From positions 55,430,001 through 55,494,000 of the forward strand of contig NW_024704743.1 of the NCBI RefSeq assembly GCF_018977255.1: 64,000 bases of DNA, written 5' to 3'. Origin of the DNA: Callorhinchus milii. Its lineage: Eukaryota. A model generated the notes under the pieces. The model was not told the DNA's origin. It ran no database searches and worked only from the letters and a program-made list of their open reading frames with translations. Below, one piece after another: positions 24,956 through 39,276 of the stretch. The position numbers were made by a program, and so were the translations under genes. Position 1 is the first letter of the stretch. Every line of letters begins with the position of its first letter.

Positions 24956-25855
24956 CAGAGTAAAATCTGAAGAGCAGGGATGAAATTTTATTTCAGCTGA
25001 AATTTTATACTGGAACAGATACTAGTGTGGGTTAAACAGTGCAAATTAAACCTCCCAAAATCAAATTACAGCTGCATTGGTAGTTTGTACGTTCTCCTGA
25101 CGTGAAAGGCGTTTTACAAATGTAATTTTGTTGTATTTTGTTGTTGTAGAGCAGCTGACTCAAGACTGTCCTAAACTTGACAAGAGATGAACAATTACAC
25201 GAGGATACAAATAGGGAGAGAGAAAACCTGGCAGTACTGAGAACCTTGTCTCTATTGTAGGTGAAATGGATGTATAACTTGAAACTTGTATTTAAAAACT
25301 AAAATTTTTATGTCAAAATCAACAAAACTTGAAAAGTACTGGCATTTTGGAGAAACAGGTATAAATAACCTTTGCATTGGATACAGCGCCTTTCACATCA
25401 GGAGAGTGTCTCAAAGTGCTTCACAGGATTTACTGTAAAGTGTAGTGGTTTTGTACACAAACATGCTGCGAGAATGAAGTTAACGCTTCAGAGAGCTGGA
25501 GTCAAATCCTGTTTAGATAAGAGTGAAAATATCCATTCTCATCAACAGCTGAAGCACTTTGTTTTCAAGCAAAACACATAATTAAATATCCACACTTCCT
25601 ACTGGATGGTGGGGAACTAAACAATTCAACAATGTCTGTACAAGTACGAGTGATACGGTCATGATCAGTGCTTAAAGTACTTCTGAGAAACAACAGATGA
25701 AGCTCATGCTGAACAAATAAATCAGGAAGCCTTTATAAAAACAAAATTGCTTTTGCATTTTATAAGGATAAGTAAAAACGTCAAAGAACATGCGATATTC
25801 TTGGGAAAGAAGTGAAATGCCTCATTACTGGGATGAGTTTTAAAATACAAAAACA

Positions 25856-25861
25856 TTTATT
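25856..25861 (-). terminator. Probable BZW2 polyadenylation signal AATAAA
   Basis: TTTATT on + strand about 400 nt past the stop codon, followed on the minus strand by a T/G-rich stretch (TGTTTTTGTATTTT). Confidence 0.65.
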
Positions 25862-26258
25862 CAAAAAATCCATGGTGTCAAATCACATATCCAGAAGCTT
25901 GCATTAGGCTACAAAGATGCACAAAACTAGGTCTACAACAGACGCTGTATAAGGGTCACAAAGTATTTGAAAAGACTGCTAATAAAAGGAGTCGATAATT
26001 ATTTCATTTCAGCCTACATGGCTCCCTTGTGAATAGCTTTACTAAAGTTACAGCACAGTTCCCCAAAGGTGGAGTCCCACAGAAAGCGGTAATACCTCAG
26101 GGCCCAGTTATTTGACGTCGGTTATAAACTTATCTTCTACAGAAAAGGAAGGCTATCCTAGGGTTTCCATTTGATTTGAAAGACCAATGTCTTCAACTCC
26201 AACCGTATGAATGAGAGGGAGAAGGCCCGTGTGAACCGTATCTTGTGCTTGCTTCAAG

Positions 26259-26290
26259 CTAATCCTCTTCACCCTCTCCGGATTCGGATT
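26259..26290 (-). CDS. BZW2: BZW2 last coding exon (32 nt incl. TAG)
   Basis: (E)SESGEGEED-stop after a pyrimidine-rich TAG acceptor. Exon lengths sum to 1263 nt = 420 aa + stop with consistent phases. Confidence 0.93.
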
Positions 26291-26969
26291 CTAAAAAGGA
26301 GGAAATAAAAGTTATTCATAAAAAGATATTTTCTTTGAAGTGTTCAGTTCTGGCAAATGATTTAAACCCTAGACCCATTATTAGGATCCTGGAAACAAAG
26401 AATAATTTCTGCTATTTTTGAGGGTCTTTATCTAAATAAAAACCAAGAACACAACACCGACTGGTAGGTGAAGTGTGCAGGACGACTTTAGTAGGTCATC
26501 TGCAGACACTTGGCATTTAGGTCAACAATATTCCTACCATTTTAAGAATCATCATATGAATAGCAAAGGCTTGCTTGGCACTCCAGTTGATGTTGCAAGT
26601 CATTGAAAAACCTTATATACCATACCCGAAGGCCCGAGTAATAGGGCAACTGGTTTTCTGCGTGAACTGAAGTTGAATGATAATATCACACCAGCTCAAC
26701 AAGAGAGAAAATTAGGGCCTTAAAAGCAGGCACGGACTAACTGGTGCAGAAAGAAAAGTAAACTGAAACACCATTATGGACACTGCAGAGTAATTTAAAA
26801 CCATGGTAAAATAATACACACTATTCTCCCTACTCGCTCTCACCATCTCATCAAACAGCATTACCTTATTGCCAAGATGAGAACAAATATCCTGACTGAA
26901 GCGCACTTCATTTTCATACTCTCACACTAAACATATCCAGCATTTCAAATGCAACACATTTTATTATTA

Positions 26970-27360
26970 ATAATCCTTATATTTATTGTGCCACCTTTCA
27001 TGTCAGGATGAAATCTCAAAGTGCTTCACAGGTTTAACTATGTGTCTTGTAAGTGAACGCAACAGCAAATTTGCGCACAGCAATGTCTCACAAACAGCCA
27101 TTTAGTGAATCATCAATTTTATTGAGGAGATTGTTAGCCAGAACACTGGGGAGAAACTCCCTTCTCTTTTGCCATGGGACCTTTAATGAGATAGAGGGGC
27201 CTCAAGTTTAACATCTCATCTGAAGGGCAGCACCTCAACCAATGCAGCACTGTATTGGAGTGTCAGTTTAGACTACTGTAAACAAGTTCCAAGTCCTGAC
27301 TTGGAGTTCGATAAACCTTCTGACGGATAGGAGAGAGTGCTGCCAACTGAGCCAGGCTGA
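26970..27360 (-). mobile_element. Near-complete old DeuSINE-like element
   Basis: tRNA-like head (TCAGCCTGGCTCAGTTGGCAGCACTCTC), Deu-like core and L2-type tail. Similar copies occur near 8150-8420, 18620-18930, 22430-22790, 28570-28920, 35030-35420, 56070-56330 and 62330-62730. Confidence 0.75.
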
Positions 27361-29214
27361 GTCATTTTACCACTTTCTTGCTGAAAGTCAGTGACTGTTT
27401 CTCTGCTGAAATTCCATCTTTATCAAGCTCGGTTTTAAATATAAAAATGGGCCATTAAACATAATGGCAGGACCGCAACGAAATATAGTAGGAAATTAAT
27501 AAAATTGTAAACATTTTACCGCCATACTGACAGAGAACAGCTTTTAACTACAACATCAGTTGCACTATTTTTAGAATATTTTTGACAAGAAAACACACTA
27601 TCTTGTGCAAGGACAAAGTGATTCTATAAATACCAATGGGACATGGGAAATGTAGAGTGTGAGCAGAAATGAGGTGGGCAGAAGAGAAAAAAATGCCTAT
27701 TAAGTTTTTATATATATAATATATATATCTCTTGTATATAAACAATTTACATTGAAATGTGGTTAATGTGAAATACAAACAAGTTTTATTGGGATATTGT
27801 CTTCTGTGTTCTGTTATAATAATCTTAAATATGTTATATGTAGCATCTTATCAGGACAAAACCAAAAGATCACAAATTACTTCAGGCAGTTTTCTGAAAA
27901 GTATAGTGACAGTATTTATATCCTAGATGACAAAATATACAGTCTCAATGACACAATAACGCACTCTATCAAATGAAAGGATTATTATTACTACAGCACA
28001 GAAAGCCATGGTGTCTGTGTTGGTGCTCATTCCATTCACCACCTGCTCCCCATCCCTGTTACCTAGTCTATTCCAGTCCCACTGCTCTTTTACTACATAT
28101 TGAATATTTGTTTTCATCAAGAAGTTTCTCCAATTCTTTTAAATACAGTCATGGACTTGGCTTCAAAGCCATCTGTGATAAGGCGCTCCACATCCTAACA
28201 ATCCTCTGTAAAAATACATTTCTGACTTTACTGTTTTTGTTCCTGGAATTCCCCCAAAAATCTCCCAATTGTAATTTCTCCACAGCGATATTATAACAGG
28301 GAAATGGGTTTGTAAACAAAGATCTCCTGTTAATTACAGTGATGTAGTGATGCGAGAGCATGTGACTGTACAGCAGAGGATTAATGGAGTCACATGCTGT
28401 TGAACTGCTGCCTTGACTGACAATGGGCATTTGTTGTCCAAGCAGTTTCATTGACCAGAATTTCAATAATTCACTTTTAAAGGGCCTCTCCACAACCAGA
28501 TTAGCTTAAAATTGACCGCTTGCTTGAAAAAGAACTAGCGGATGGAAACCTACAATAGTTTGTAGCATGCTCGCCTCCCGAGTTAGAAGGTTGTGGGAGA
28601 TGCAGTGCTGAAGGGATGTCACATTGTCAGAAAAGAAGAATCCGCCCCACTTCAAATAAAACGAGTTCCTGTCTGCCGATTCAGGCGGACGTAAAACATC
28701 CCATGGCGCTACTTATAAAGAGAAGGGAGTTTCTCCTGGTACCCTGCCAACAATCCCCCAAATAAAATTGGTAATTTGTTTTGTGGCTGTTTGTGGAACA
28801 TTCCTGTGCACACCGAAGCTTCCACGTTTGCCTAAAATACGGTCACTACACTTTATAGTAAATCCTGTAAAGGGCTTTGGGATATCCTCCAGACATGAAA
28901 ATGCAAGGATTATTATTAATAAACTGGAATACCAGAAATCTGCAGTAGGTCATTTTCAAGACTGAAGTCGATAGATTTTTGTTAGGTAAGGATATCAAGG
29001 GGTATGGAGCAAACAAGGGTAAATAATAATAATCCTTGCAATAGATAGTGGCTTATCACATCGTCGAGAAGTTTCAAAGTGCTTCACAGAATATACTATA
29101 AAGTCAATTGACTGTATATTTTATGGTTGAATTGCAGTTGAGGGACAGATCATAATAAAATGGCATAACAGCTTTGTGGAGGGGGCTTAATGGCCTTCTT
29201 CTCCTCCTATGTCA

Positions 29215-30420
29215 ACAACAACTTGCATTTCTATAGCTCCCTTCATGGGGGGGGGGGGGGGGGAAGGGTAGCGTTTGGGAGCGCTCAATAATAGTTGAGT
29301 CTGACCCCGAGCCACAGGGACATGACTGCAAGCACGATCAAAAAGAAAGGTCACTAAGCAGGATTTGAGAGTGGGTAAGGAGTAGGTAAGGCAGAGGTAA
29401 TGAAGGAGAGTTCCAGAGTTTTGGGGCATAGTGGCTGAAAGCACAATCACCGATGGTGGAGCAGAGGGGACGAGGGACAAACAGGAGGCCAGAGGCAGCC
29501 AAGCGGAGACCGCAGGTGGTGGAATTGGTTAGGTAGGGAGGTGTGAGGGCATGAAGGGATTAGAAAATGAGTGAGAGAAACTTCAAATCGATCTGATCGG
29601 TAATTGGGAGCCAGTGGAGCCTGGCAAGGACTGGTGCTGTGGGGTATGGAGTTTTGTGCAGGTGACTATCCACGTGGCGGAGTTTTGAATTAATTGAATT
29701 TTGTGTATGGTGAAGCTGGGGAGCGGCGAGGAGGACATTGAAACAGTCCAGCCAGGAAGTGACAAAGGCGTGGACGAGTTTCAGCTGCTTTGGTTGTGAG
29801 GTATGGATGGAGGCGAGCAATGTGATGGAGGTGGAAAAAAAAGCAGTTGTATTCAGGGAACGCATGTGGGGTAGAAAGGAAAGCTGGGGATCAAACCTGA
29901 TGCTTAAGTTGCGTCAGACCTGCAGGAGAGAAAATGTTGACCGGAGCCGTTGACGGGGCTTTCGTCTTGCCAACAGTTAGCTGCAGGAGATTTGTGCTCA
30001 TCCAGGCCTTGATGCCTATCAAACAAGCTGACAGGACATCAACGGACTGGGAATTGCAGCTGGAGAAGTAGATTTGGGTGTCATCCATATACATGTGGAA
30101 GTTGACCCCATGTCTATGGGTGACATCACAGAGAGGGAGCATATTGATAAGGAAAAAAAGGGGGAAAAGGATGGAATCTTGGGGTACCCTGTGAGTAGTT
30201 TAAGATGGCCTTGTCTGGCTGCAAGTTGTTTAAGATGGCCTTGTCTGTGATGGACAGATCAGTGATGTCTAAGCCATGACGAGGTCGAGGGAATGGCCAT
30301 GGTTGTGGGTCGGGGAGTTTTGTGGACAGTGAGGTTTAGGGTGAAGAGTAGGGCAGCAAAGTCAGAGGAGATGGGGCAGGGGGAACTGAGATGAAGGTTG
30401 AAATCACCCATGCCAATAAC
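29215..30420 (-). mobile_element. Old L2 LINE fragments in the last BZW2 intron
   Basis: [35 protein letters not shown], plus APE GDFNLH segment; internal deletions. Confidence 0.85.
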
Positions 30421-30555
30421 TACCTGAAAAAACAATAGGCTAACATTTTGATCAAGATGATGCTTAATCAGAAATGAAACACTTAGAGGTAGAGGACTGG
30501 AAGTAAGGTAAAAGGTAGGAGGAAAAGATAAAAGCAGGTGAATTGGCACTCTTAT

Positions 30556-30880
30556 TAATAATAATAATAATCCTTGCATTTGATATAGCGCTTTTCACGT
30601 CGGGAGGACGTACCAAAGCGCTTCACAGAACACACTGTAAAGTGAATTGACTGTATATTTGTGGGCAAACGCGGCAGCCAATTGCGCACAGTAATGTCCC
30701 ACAAACAGTCGTAGATTGAAAATGACCAATTTATTATTGTTTTTGATTTTGGAGGGATTATTATTAGGCTCTGTGTGGAGTAAGGAAACTTGCCCAAGGT
30801 TTCGCCCTCTGCCTGGAATTGAACTCAGGTCTCTCGCTTGCAAAGCGAGTGCTCTAACCACTGAGCTACAGGACTCCACA
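30556..30880 (-). mobile_element. Full-length tRNA-Ala-derived SINE
   Basis: Near-identical to the 14.4 kb and 52.2 kb copies; intact head, hairpin at 30587-30622, (TTA)n tail. Confidence 0.93.
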
Positions 30881-31779
30881 TTGTCGATACGGGCCATACG
30901 GGATATGATGAGTGAGAGGCAGAGAAAAATAAAGAGCAGGCGAGACAGTACAATCTCACGATGTGAAATTCCATTAAAATAAGTTTTTTTAAAAAACGGG
31001 AGAACAAGCAAAAGTACGAGAGACAATGTAGAAAAAAANTGGAAGAGACATTCTAGGTTTGAATGAGTTATAAGTCTATCTTTAGGACCCAAAGGCTGAA
31101 GAGTTCCTAAGAATAAAATGAAACCACTGGCAGCACTGTTGGGAGTGGGGGAAAATAAGAAATCAGGTGCATTTGGTAACATGTTAAGTTAAGAAATAAA
31201 GACTTCTCCAAATTCTCCTTTCCAAGGTCCACAAAACTTAACTTACCCAAAGATAAAAATAATATTCCTTATATTTTATACAGCCCACAAAAGTCACTGC
31301 ACTATAAAATTCAAGAACTATTATTATTATTATTAGTGCCTTTCACTTCGGGAGGACATCATCCCTTTAGGGAAAAGTGTACGCGTTCCATTCGAGTAAA
31401 TCTCTCGAGCATTCCCATGTTTGAAACTCTTAAGCATGGTGATGGGTTTCCATATGTGTCAAGACCCTCGGCTGACCCCAAAGAAGGAGAAAAACTGCAG
31501 CAATAAAACCATTTAAATGCACAAAAGAAAATATTGCATCAATATAACAAAATGTACCAGTTTCGCAAGTCTGGGTTTACAAGCATGTGTGCGTGTTTAT
31601 GTACAATACAGTATATTGAACACGACCAGAGAACATAAATGGTCTTTTAAAAAATTCTTAACTGCAACAAATGTTGTTGCCAAAGTTATAAAATTTAGGT
31701 AGGAAAAGAAGAGGAAAAAAAAGCACAACCTCCGGCATTAAAAGTGCTAACATTCAATGATGCAATAGCTTCAAATTAC

Positions 31780-31902
31780 CTTCTTCAGCATTTTGCAGCC
31801 ACTCAACGAATTTTTTCATCTGCTCAAGAAAGATGCTTTTGCCTTTGGCAACATGTGCTTCTTTGTACCATTTTAGGATGGCTTCTTCACTCAGGACATC
31901 AG
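31780..31902 (-). CDS. BZW2: BZW2 coding exon 10 (123 nt), W2 aromatic/acidic boxes
   Basis: (A)[40 protein letters not shown]+1; CAG acceptor, GTAATT donor. Confidence 0.97.
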
Positions 31903-32840
31903 CTGCAATTCAGAGGAGTTATGGGAAGGTCAATATATCTTAAAACACAAAGCACTCAAGTCTCTGGCAAACTTCTTTTATGAAGACTATATGTCTTATT
32001 CTGAATCCATCATTTCTGGTTTGTGGGCTGGCACATATGCTCAGTGATATTTAAAGGCTACTGACTCAATGCTACAAATGTAATAGTTCAAGCAGATATT
32101 GTAGTCATGAGCTTCTGGTCTACGTAAAAGATATTAAGGCTGCATTAGAGTAATCTGGCTGGATAATCCAGGTCTATTCAATAATGGTACTTGAGTTGCA
32201 CTGACTAGATTATGTGCTGAACTTGTTCCGAGTGCTTTTGCTTCCCAAGGTTGAGTGCCTGTTGTGTGCAGAGATCACTTGAATCTCCTGGCACACGTTA
32301 CAAGTACCTAGCAATGAACTTTCTCCTGGTTTTAGAGGATTGGACTCTTGCCAACGGAAAGCTAGAGTGCCATTATGATATATCTATTCATTGAAATTTG
32401 GAACTCTTGCATTAGCTTAGAGTGGAAGCAGCGGGAAAGCCAGACAGTGGTCCCAATGGCAAACTACGCAGTCTTAGATGGTTCAACTCCAGTAGTATCC
32501 CAATTCAGTCTGGGGTCCCTAAGCCTTTGTTCTTGCCAACCAACACCTAATATTTCCCCAAATTAGGTCAGTAGGATGCAACCCTCCAGGGGGAAAGCAT
32601 GCATTCCATTCAAATAAGCAGCTCTACAATTTCCATATATGGGTGGGATACAAGGAACTCTTTGGTTTGGATACTCTTAAGGATGGTGATGGGTTTCCAT
32701 TGCATGGGTCAGACACCTGTGTTGGCTTCACCATTAACACTGAAATGGAATGATTCCCCTGTAAATGCAGGCACTGTACAGACAAATGCAAATAGCAGCA
32801 TTTTACTCTGAAGCAGACTTGGACTCGAGTTGAAACTTAC

Positions 32841-32979
32841 CTTTGTAAAAAAGCACAACAATCTTCTGGAAAGCCTTCATGAAGTGGATATTGTCGTAGC
32901 AGTACTCCTGAATCTTCTGGAGTAGAATAAGCTCCGACTGACCTTGGGTACTGAACACTGCAAGGAGTGGTGCATATTG
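32841..32979 (-). CDS. BZW2: BZW2 coding exon 9 (139 nt), W2 domain
   Basis: [46 protein letters not shown]+1; CAG acceptor, GTAAGT donor. Confidence 0.97.
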
Positions 32980-33147
32980 CTGAAAACAATTACAAAAGGT
33001 TCAATGGTTTTCTGAGCTATAACTACAGAGCAATGAAAACACAAATGTTTAAAATAAATTTAGACAAATTTTTGCACCACAAATATTCTAAAATATAATA
33101 TTCAATTTTTAGTTATAAATAAAACTGAGGCTTTTAAAAGATCCCAG

Positions 33148-33325
33148 TACAACAACAAGATTTCATTTATAGAGCGCCTTTCACGTCGGGAGGACGTCCC
33201 AAGGCGCTGGACAGTTGGGGCAGGACCCGAGCAGGGGGGAAATGGTCAGGGGGAGGGAAGGGAGGGAGCGAGGAGGGGGTAGAGTCGAGAGGGAACTGAA
33301 GGCATGGTTAAAGAGAAAGATCTTG
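33148..33325 (-). mobile_element. L2 LINE 3' end of the copy A/B subfamily
   Basis: 3'UTR (CAGGACCCGAGCAGGGGGGAAATGGTCAGGG on +) and hairpin nearly identical to copies A/B. Confidence 0.9.
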
Positions 33326-34598
33326 AAAACGCTCTTCCAGCATTTCTTGTACTGTTAAAAAGCCCTCATCTAATTGAAAAGTTTGCAAGTGAGATACAAC
33401 TTAAAGCTATTTCATAAACTACCCAGCACCATGGCTTTTACTATTCTTCTACATTAATCCATACCAGTCCATTACACCCTATCTTTTGTAAATAAACAGT
33501 TTTTGGTCTATCCTAAAATTGCCCTTCATAACCTTGAACCTGTTCCCTCTTAACCTTCTAAAAGTATTGTTCTGGTTTATTTTCTCAATCCCACAATACA
33601 TTCATTAATAAAATCTCTTTGGAGTTGTCCTTTCAAAAGTTTAATTTTTCTAGGTGTTCTTCCTAGCTCATCCTTTAACCTGGGGTGGGGGGAATCATCC
33701 TCGTTGCTTTCCTCTGCACTAACTCAGAACACAACAAATAGGATGTACACAGTACTCTAGGGGCAGCCACTGCACAGCATGAACTCTAGGGATCTGAACT
33801 CAACAGATAGGCAATGTAACTCATCATCCTGTTTGCCCCATTCATTGCTACCTCACACGGCTCCAACATTGTGAGTGAGAAATCAACCAAACCCCTCTTA
33901 ATTTCCCCACGGTGCCTTCCAGGGACACTGTGGAATGGGGCACACAGGACAAGGAACAAGAGCAACCGACAATATAAAAGACCCCTCTTGCTTATGCTGC
34001 CGCCCTGGGTTTGTTGGGACAAGTGAAGGATTTTTGCCTTCATCATAGACTCGACGTGTGGCAGACTTTGGCTGATGCTAAGGGTCAGCTACAGACCAAG
34101 GTAATGCAGGTTAAATCAGCAGCCGGGCAAACAACACTTGATCCTCTCTTCAAGAAATTAATATTTTGTGTGATCTTAACTTCTCAGAACTTTGAATAAT
34201 GAAACCCAAGATCTGTTGTAAATATGACAATGACTTCATTTTAATAAGATTGCAAAGTCTGGCTGCTGAATGCTCACCCTACGTAATTTTAAAAATCAAT
34301 GTGTTCATCCCGTGTAATCGTGTTTCAGTAATCAGGTCACCTCACTAAGTAGGTCACTTTTGCCCAGTCACTTGAGTGATTTGATTAGTGAGGTTCCACT
34401 CTACTTTACCTTTGTTATAAATCTCAGCTCCAATTGGGACAAAGCATTCCATGCTCTAACATCCATCTGGGCAGCCAAAACAAATTCTAATCTTTTTAAC
34501 ACTTTCTATGACAATCCTTCCCCAAATAGTTGGAATAATCCTTCACCATTTATCAGACGTCAAGACATTAGAAAGGCATTCTCGCTTTAGGGTCATAC

Positions 34599-34745
34599 CT
34601 TTAGATGTTTCAGAGCTTGTTCTGTGACTAGCTCCTCCTTTTTATTCCACTCAACAGCATTCATTATACAAGTCCACAGTAATCCAATCACCGCCTGCTC
34701 TGGCAAATCATTTCTTTTCATCTCTTCCTTGACATACAGGACAAT
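34599..34745 (-). CDS. BZW2: BZW2 coding exon 8 (147 nt), W2 domain
   Basis: [52 protein letters not shown] acceptor, GTATGA donor. Confidence 0.97.
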
Positions 34746-35867
34746 CTAAGGTGCACAACAGTGTAATGTGAAAACATTTATTGGTGGAACAATTTTTTTT
34801 AAGAAAAAAAATTAATTTTGCTGGGTAAAGCAATCGTCATTACAACTGGTGTGCAACTGGAAAGACTTAAAAAAAAGTTAAATCAATACTCCAACAAAGG
34901 GTGTTGTTCACTGGCTTCATCTGAGTTATGTGCCTTTAAAGAAAATAATCAATTTCAAATTGCTGCAAACTTCTGACTTCAATTTCAGCACACAACTGCA
35001 GCCAATTGGTGAATTGGCAATTCACCTAATGGATGTCTGTAAGTCATTGCAGGCAGAAGTGGCTGCTTTATTTGCCTACAATAACCGTCTACAGACAGTA
35101 ATGACTTGAAGTACTTCAAGTTGTTTCAATGCAACATGGTGTTGTAGAAGTAGAAACATTCTTTAAGCCTCAACTTGAGAACTTCTGCCACAAACCTGTG
35201 ATTTCTCCACCCCCCACCCCACACCAAAGCTAATAGTGCAATGGGATCGTAATGTCTACCTGAATAGGCAGTTTAGCATGTCATCTGAAGGACAGTATCT
35301 CCAGCAATGCTGTATTACCCCAATACTGCATTGGAGGGTCATCCTAAATTAAGAGTTCTAAGTCCCAACATGGGCCTTGAACCAACAACCTTCTGACTCA
35401 AAGATAAGAGCTAGTCTGACACCCAGAAAACACAGGGAGTGGGCTTGATTCTGACATTCTGTTGCCATTTCAGCTCCAAGAATACCCCACTTATCTCCTT
35501 GTTCCCAGGAGGATAGTCAGAAAAAACAAGTGAATGTTGACAGAAGGCATTTAAACCCCACAAATCAGTGCAGTGCAAGGCATCGATAAACTTGCTACTG
35601 GCTTTGCAGCTGAGACCAGCTCACCCATTTGGGTTGGCTCAGAATATAAAAGGCCGAGTGGGAAAAATCTCTTTTTTTGTGTGACATCTGCCCTTTCAAG
35701 TTTCGATAACCCAGTTAGGATGGTCAATTATTAATAACATACAAGTACAGCACCAACCCAGCTACACCCTCCCTCTCCCCCACCCCCCTCACAAAACTCT
35801 GAGGATAAAGACAACATCAAATTATCTGGCAAATAACATATGGCAAAGTAAACAGTACTGTACATAC

Positions 35868-36038
35868 CTCCCGTACAGGGTATTCCTGAGAAAATTTCTC
35901 TTGAAGTTCTTTTTGCAGTTCCTTGCGAGTTCCCAGATTTTGCTGGATTCGCAGGAAGTCGGAGAGTTCTTTCAGACCAGCATTAGTGAAGTATGTGGCA
36001 AAATGCTCAAAATTCTGCTTATTCGCAGGAAAGAGCTC
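35868..36038 (-). CDS. BZW2: BZW2 coding exon 7 (171 nt)
   Basis: [57 protein letters not shown] (inside ORF 35817..36080); CAG acceptor, GTATGT donor. Confidence 0.97.
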
Positions 36039-36969
36039 CTGTTTTTTTAGGGAGAAGGAAATGAAAAAGAGGGGAAACAAAACAACTAGCTTAGCTTTAG
36101 ACTCTAAACATTGTTCCCTGTAAAAAACAAAATACCATATCCAGTGTTCACAATGTTATTTGTGATGAGCAAAGATGTATTTGGCAGCTTTAACTAGGTT
36201 AAAAGCAAGTCTAACATATTTTTAAGCTCAGATCTCTAGTAAAATATAGCAGATATCAAACCAATAGCTTATTTGAAGATCGTTGTTTTTAAATTGCCAC
36301 TTCAGCTGCCAAAAAACGCCCAAATGTACACTCAAAATGCATCTAATAGCACGCCAACACAGAATAATTGAAGCCTTTCAACTCGTAAAGACTTTGCTAA
36401 CAACCAACCATAAACTGCAATTTTGGACAGTAGCATTATCTGCTACAAGGCAACATCATTGCAAACCCACTCGCATAAAATGGTTTAGAATTTCTTCAAC
36501 TTTTCCCAGGTAATAACAGGCAAAACTGTCAATATAAACAAGTTTTAAGATTCAGCAATCAAATTAGTGAAACATTTCTGGATTGCAGGCAAACGTGGAT
36601 AACGAACATCCACAAGAATATTCCAAAGTCACATTGACTTGACGTTCATTGTCTGTTCACATTACACAAACATCATGTAGCCTTCTAGCTTCTTTCTGCT
36701 TTCCTCTTACCAAAATAAACCTAGAATTGCACAAGAGACTTTTTATGATTGAAACATACTGAAAAATTACTGCAGATAGTTTATCATCCTATTTTTACTA
36801 ATATTTGTGTAAAAGTAATAGTGCAAGAGACAGCAAATGAAAAATAAGGTCAATTTAATGTTGCATAAACTTAAAATCCTCATGAAATTTGTGAAATTGT
36901 GCACAAATCTTTCAGAATCTTTCAGCATTACCTACAATCTGAAACAAGTTCTAGCCCAGAAATACTCAC

Positions 36970-37079
36970 CAACAGCCTCTTGTCCAAGTTGACTTTTCTA
37001 AGGGATGAGGTAACAGCATTTGCATCTTTTTCTGCCATCCAAGCTTTAAAAACCTTAACAGCAAACGATGCAGATATTC
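36970..37079 (-). CDS. BZW2: BZW2 coding exon 6 (110 nt)
   Basis: (G)[39 protein letters not shown] acceptor, GTGAGT donor. Confidence 0.97.
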
Positions 37080-39140
37080 CTGTTTTGAAGAGGGGAAAAT
37101 AAATTAACCATTTTCTCCTAAAACAGCCAGATACAATTAGAAATGGAGAAGTTTTACAGAATACAGATGAAAGTAGATTGGTACTGATCAGTGCAATTTC
37201 TTGTTGGTTAAACCAGACATGACCCAGTGGTACCAGATTTGTACAGGAGCAGGTCAGGCATCCCAGATCTTAATGGCCCTATATCAAAATATTTATGTTC
37301 TATCGCTTACATACACCTTTCTTATCAGAAACGGGAGTCTGGCTCATTTGATTTCATTCTACTAGAATAATGCTCCCCCACTCCAGTACTATTCAGGGTA
37401 ATACTACTTCAAATAGTTCCTCAAATGAGCCCAAGCACTGTGACCTCCACCACCCTTTCTGGTAACCATTTTCACTGTTCACCACCCTCTTGCAGAAAGA
37501 AACACTTCCTCTAGTTTCCTCTTTTCTAATATTACCCTTCACATGCCTTAACCTATCCCCTGTTGCCATGCTGCCTTGGCACATCTGAAAGCAGAACTTT
37601 ACATTTGTTTTCAACGTTCACTGTATCCCTTCAGTTTCCAGCTCAAGTGCTTTACCTTAACTGGTTCTCTTTAGACTCTCCACTTCCAATCTTTGCCTCA
37701 TTAGTTAGCAGAAGATCATTTCTAAAACACATTCAAAAGTTGCAAGTTTCCTTCATAAAGAAGTCTTGGCCAAGTGCTTTCTCCACATATGTTGGGTGTG
37801 ATGACTGATGAGAGCTAGGAAAGGAATTTCTTTCTGATGCATTCTACTCAGGCAATCTTGGTAGCACTATACCGATCACATCTGAAACTAGCACTATACT
37901 AGATCACATCTTGAACCAACCATCTAACCGAAAAGGCTACATGCTTATTTATTTTTTATTTACATTACATACACATTCCATGGACAATTTATTTGTATTT
38001 GTGCACTACTTGCGTACATGACAACTTAGAAAAATGTAATTGTTCAAAGATATTCATTTTGGATTAAGATTAACATATTTTAAAGTAATTTTTTTAAAAT
38101 AAATTGTGTGCAGGGAAAAGGTTCTGTGTCTCTGGCCCCCCCTCCCGTTTTTTTTCTTTAAAACTGAAGAGTAGGGCATTTGGTTACAACAAAAATTATC
38201 AACACTTAGAAACATCTAGTAGAAACATCTACTTTGGGTGAGGTACAAGATACGGAACTATACCCCAGTGGGAGTGGGAACTGGGGGGTGGGAGGGGGGA
38301 AGAGAGAATGAGAACACCAGATACTTTTGTGAAGGGCTAAAATTGGATATACTCACATATACATTTATATACATAGATTTTGGCTTCAATTCCATGGCCA
38401 CGTCCAGAATGTTCCACACAATTAAGAGGTAAGAAAGCTTAAATTCCTTTGGAAGAGTTTTAAATATGTTGAGCAATAATCAATTATAGTTAAGCTTGCA
38501 CTTGAACTCTAGGGTTTGCCCCCGAACTTGTTGCCAATCAAATGCCAGAAATTAGCAGTAAACCAGCAGAAGCCAGACATGCGGTTACACAATATACCCA
38601 GAAGGGATGTTAATCTTTTCCAAATGGGTTGTGCATGAAAAATAATGGTTTCAAGGGTTGGCTTTTCAGCTGAGGGCTCCAGGAGAAAGGGAAAAAGTTG
38701 GGGCAAGTAGGATGAAAGAGGAAGTGCCCTTAGAAAACATGGCAATTGTAAATACCTTCATATAAAACATATTTTTGCCTATCGCACCCCTGAATAAATT
38801 AATTAATTTTATACCAGTGGTGGTTTGATTTAATTTGTATCATTTTATTCACACTGTTCTCATCTAGTGTAAATCAGTTTTTGCTGAGCTCCTCACTGTA
38901 CCATTGTTACCACTGTGGAAGCACAATGGATGCCTTGCTTCGTAACACAGTGCTGTCCTTATTAGAAGTGTATGCAATAGTTGAGCTGTTGGTCATTATG
39001 ACTGACGACACAATGTCCTGTTCCGAGGTGTAGAATCAAGCCATTTTATTTATTTAATCTACTTTTTTGAAACACTAAACAAAGCCCAGGAAACATTGCA
39101 TTGTTTAAAAAAAACATATGAAAGTAGCTTTAAGTATTAC

Positions 39141-39276
39141 CTTCTTTAACCAAGCTATCAGAAAAGAGGCTGGTTAAAATTGTAGCTGGAAGTGATCCAT
39201 TAGCCAGCAGGATGCCAGTGAGTATTGCCAACTTAGTCTGCTCGGAGGTTGAAAATGCTTTCAGAAACAGTAAAAG
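39141..39276 (-). CDS. BZW2: BZW2 coding exon 5 (136 nt)
   Basis: [45 protein letters not shown]+1; CAG acceptor, GTAATA donor. Confidence 0.97.

Noticed and set aside
37805..37830. Hammerhead ribozyme-like CTGATGA...GAAA (also CTGATGAG near 16747)
   Set aside because: Stem II and flanking stems cannot be formed convincingly; the second site lacks GAAA.
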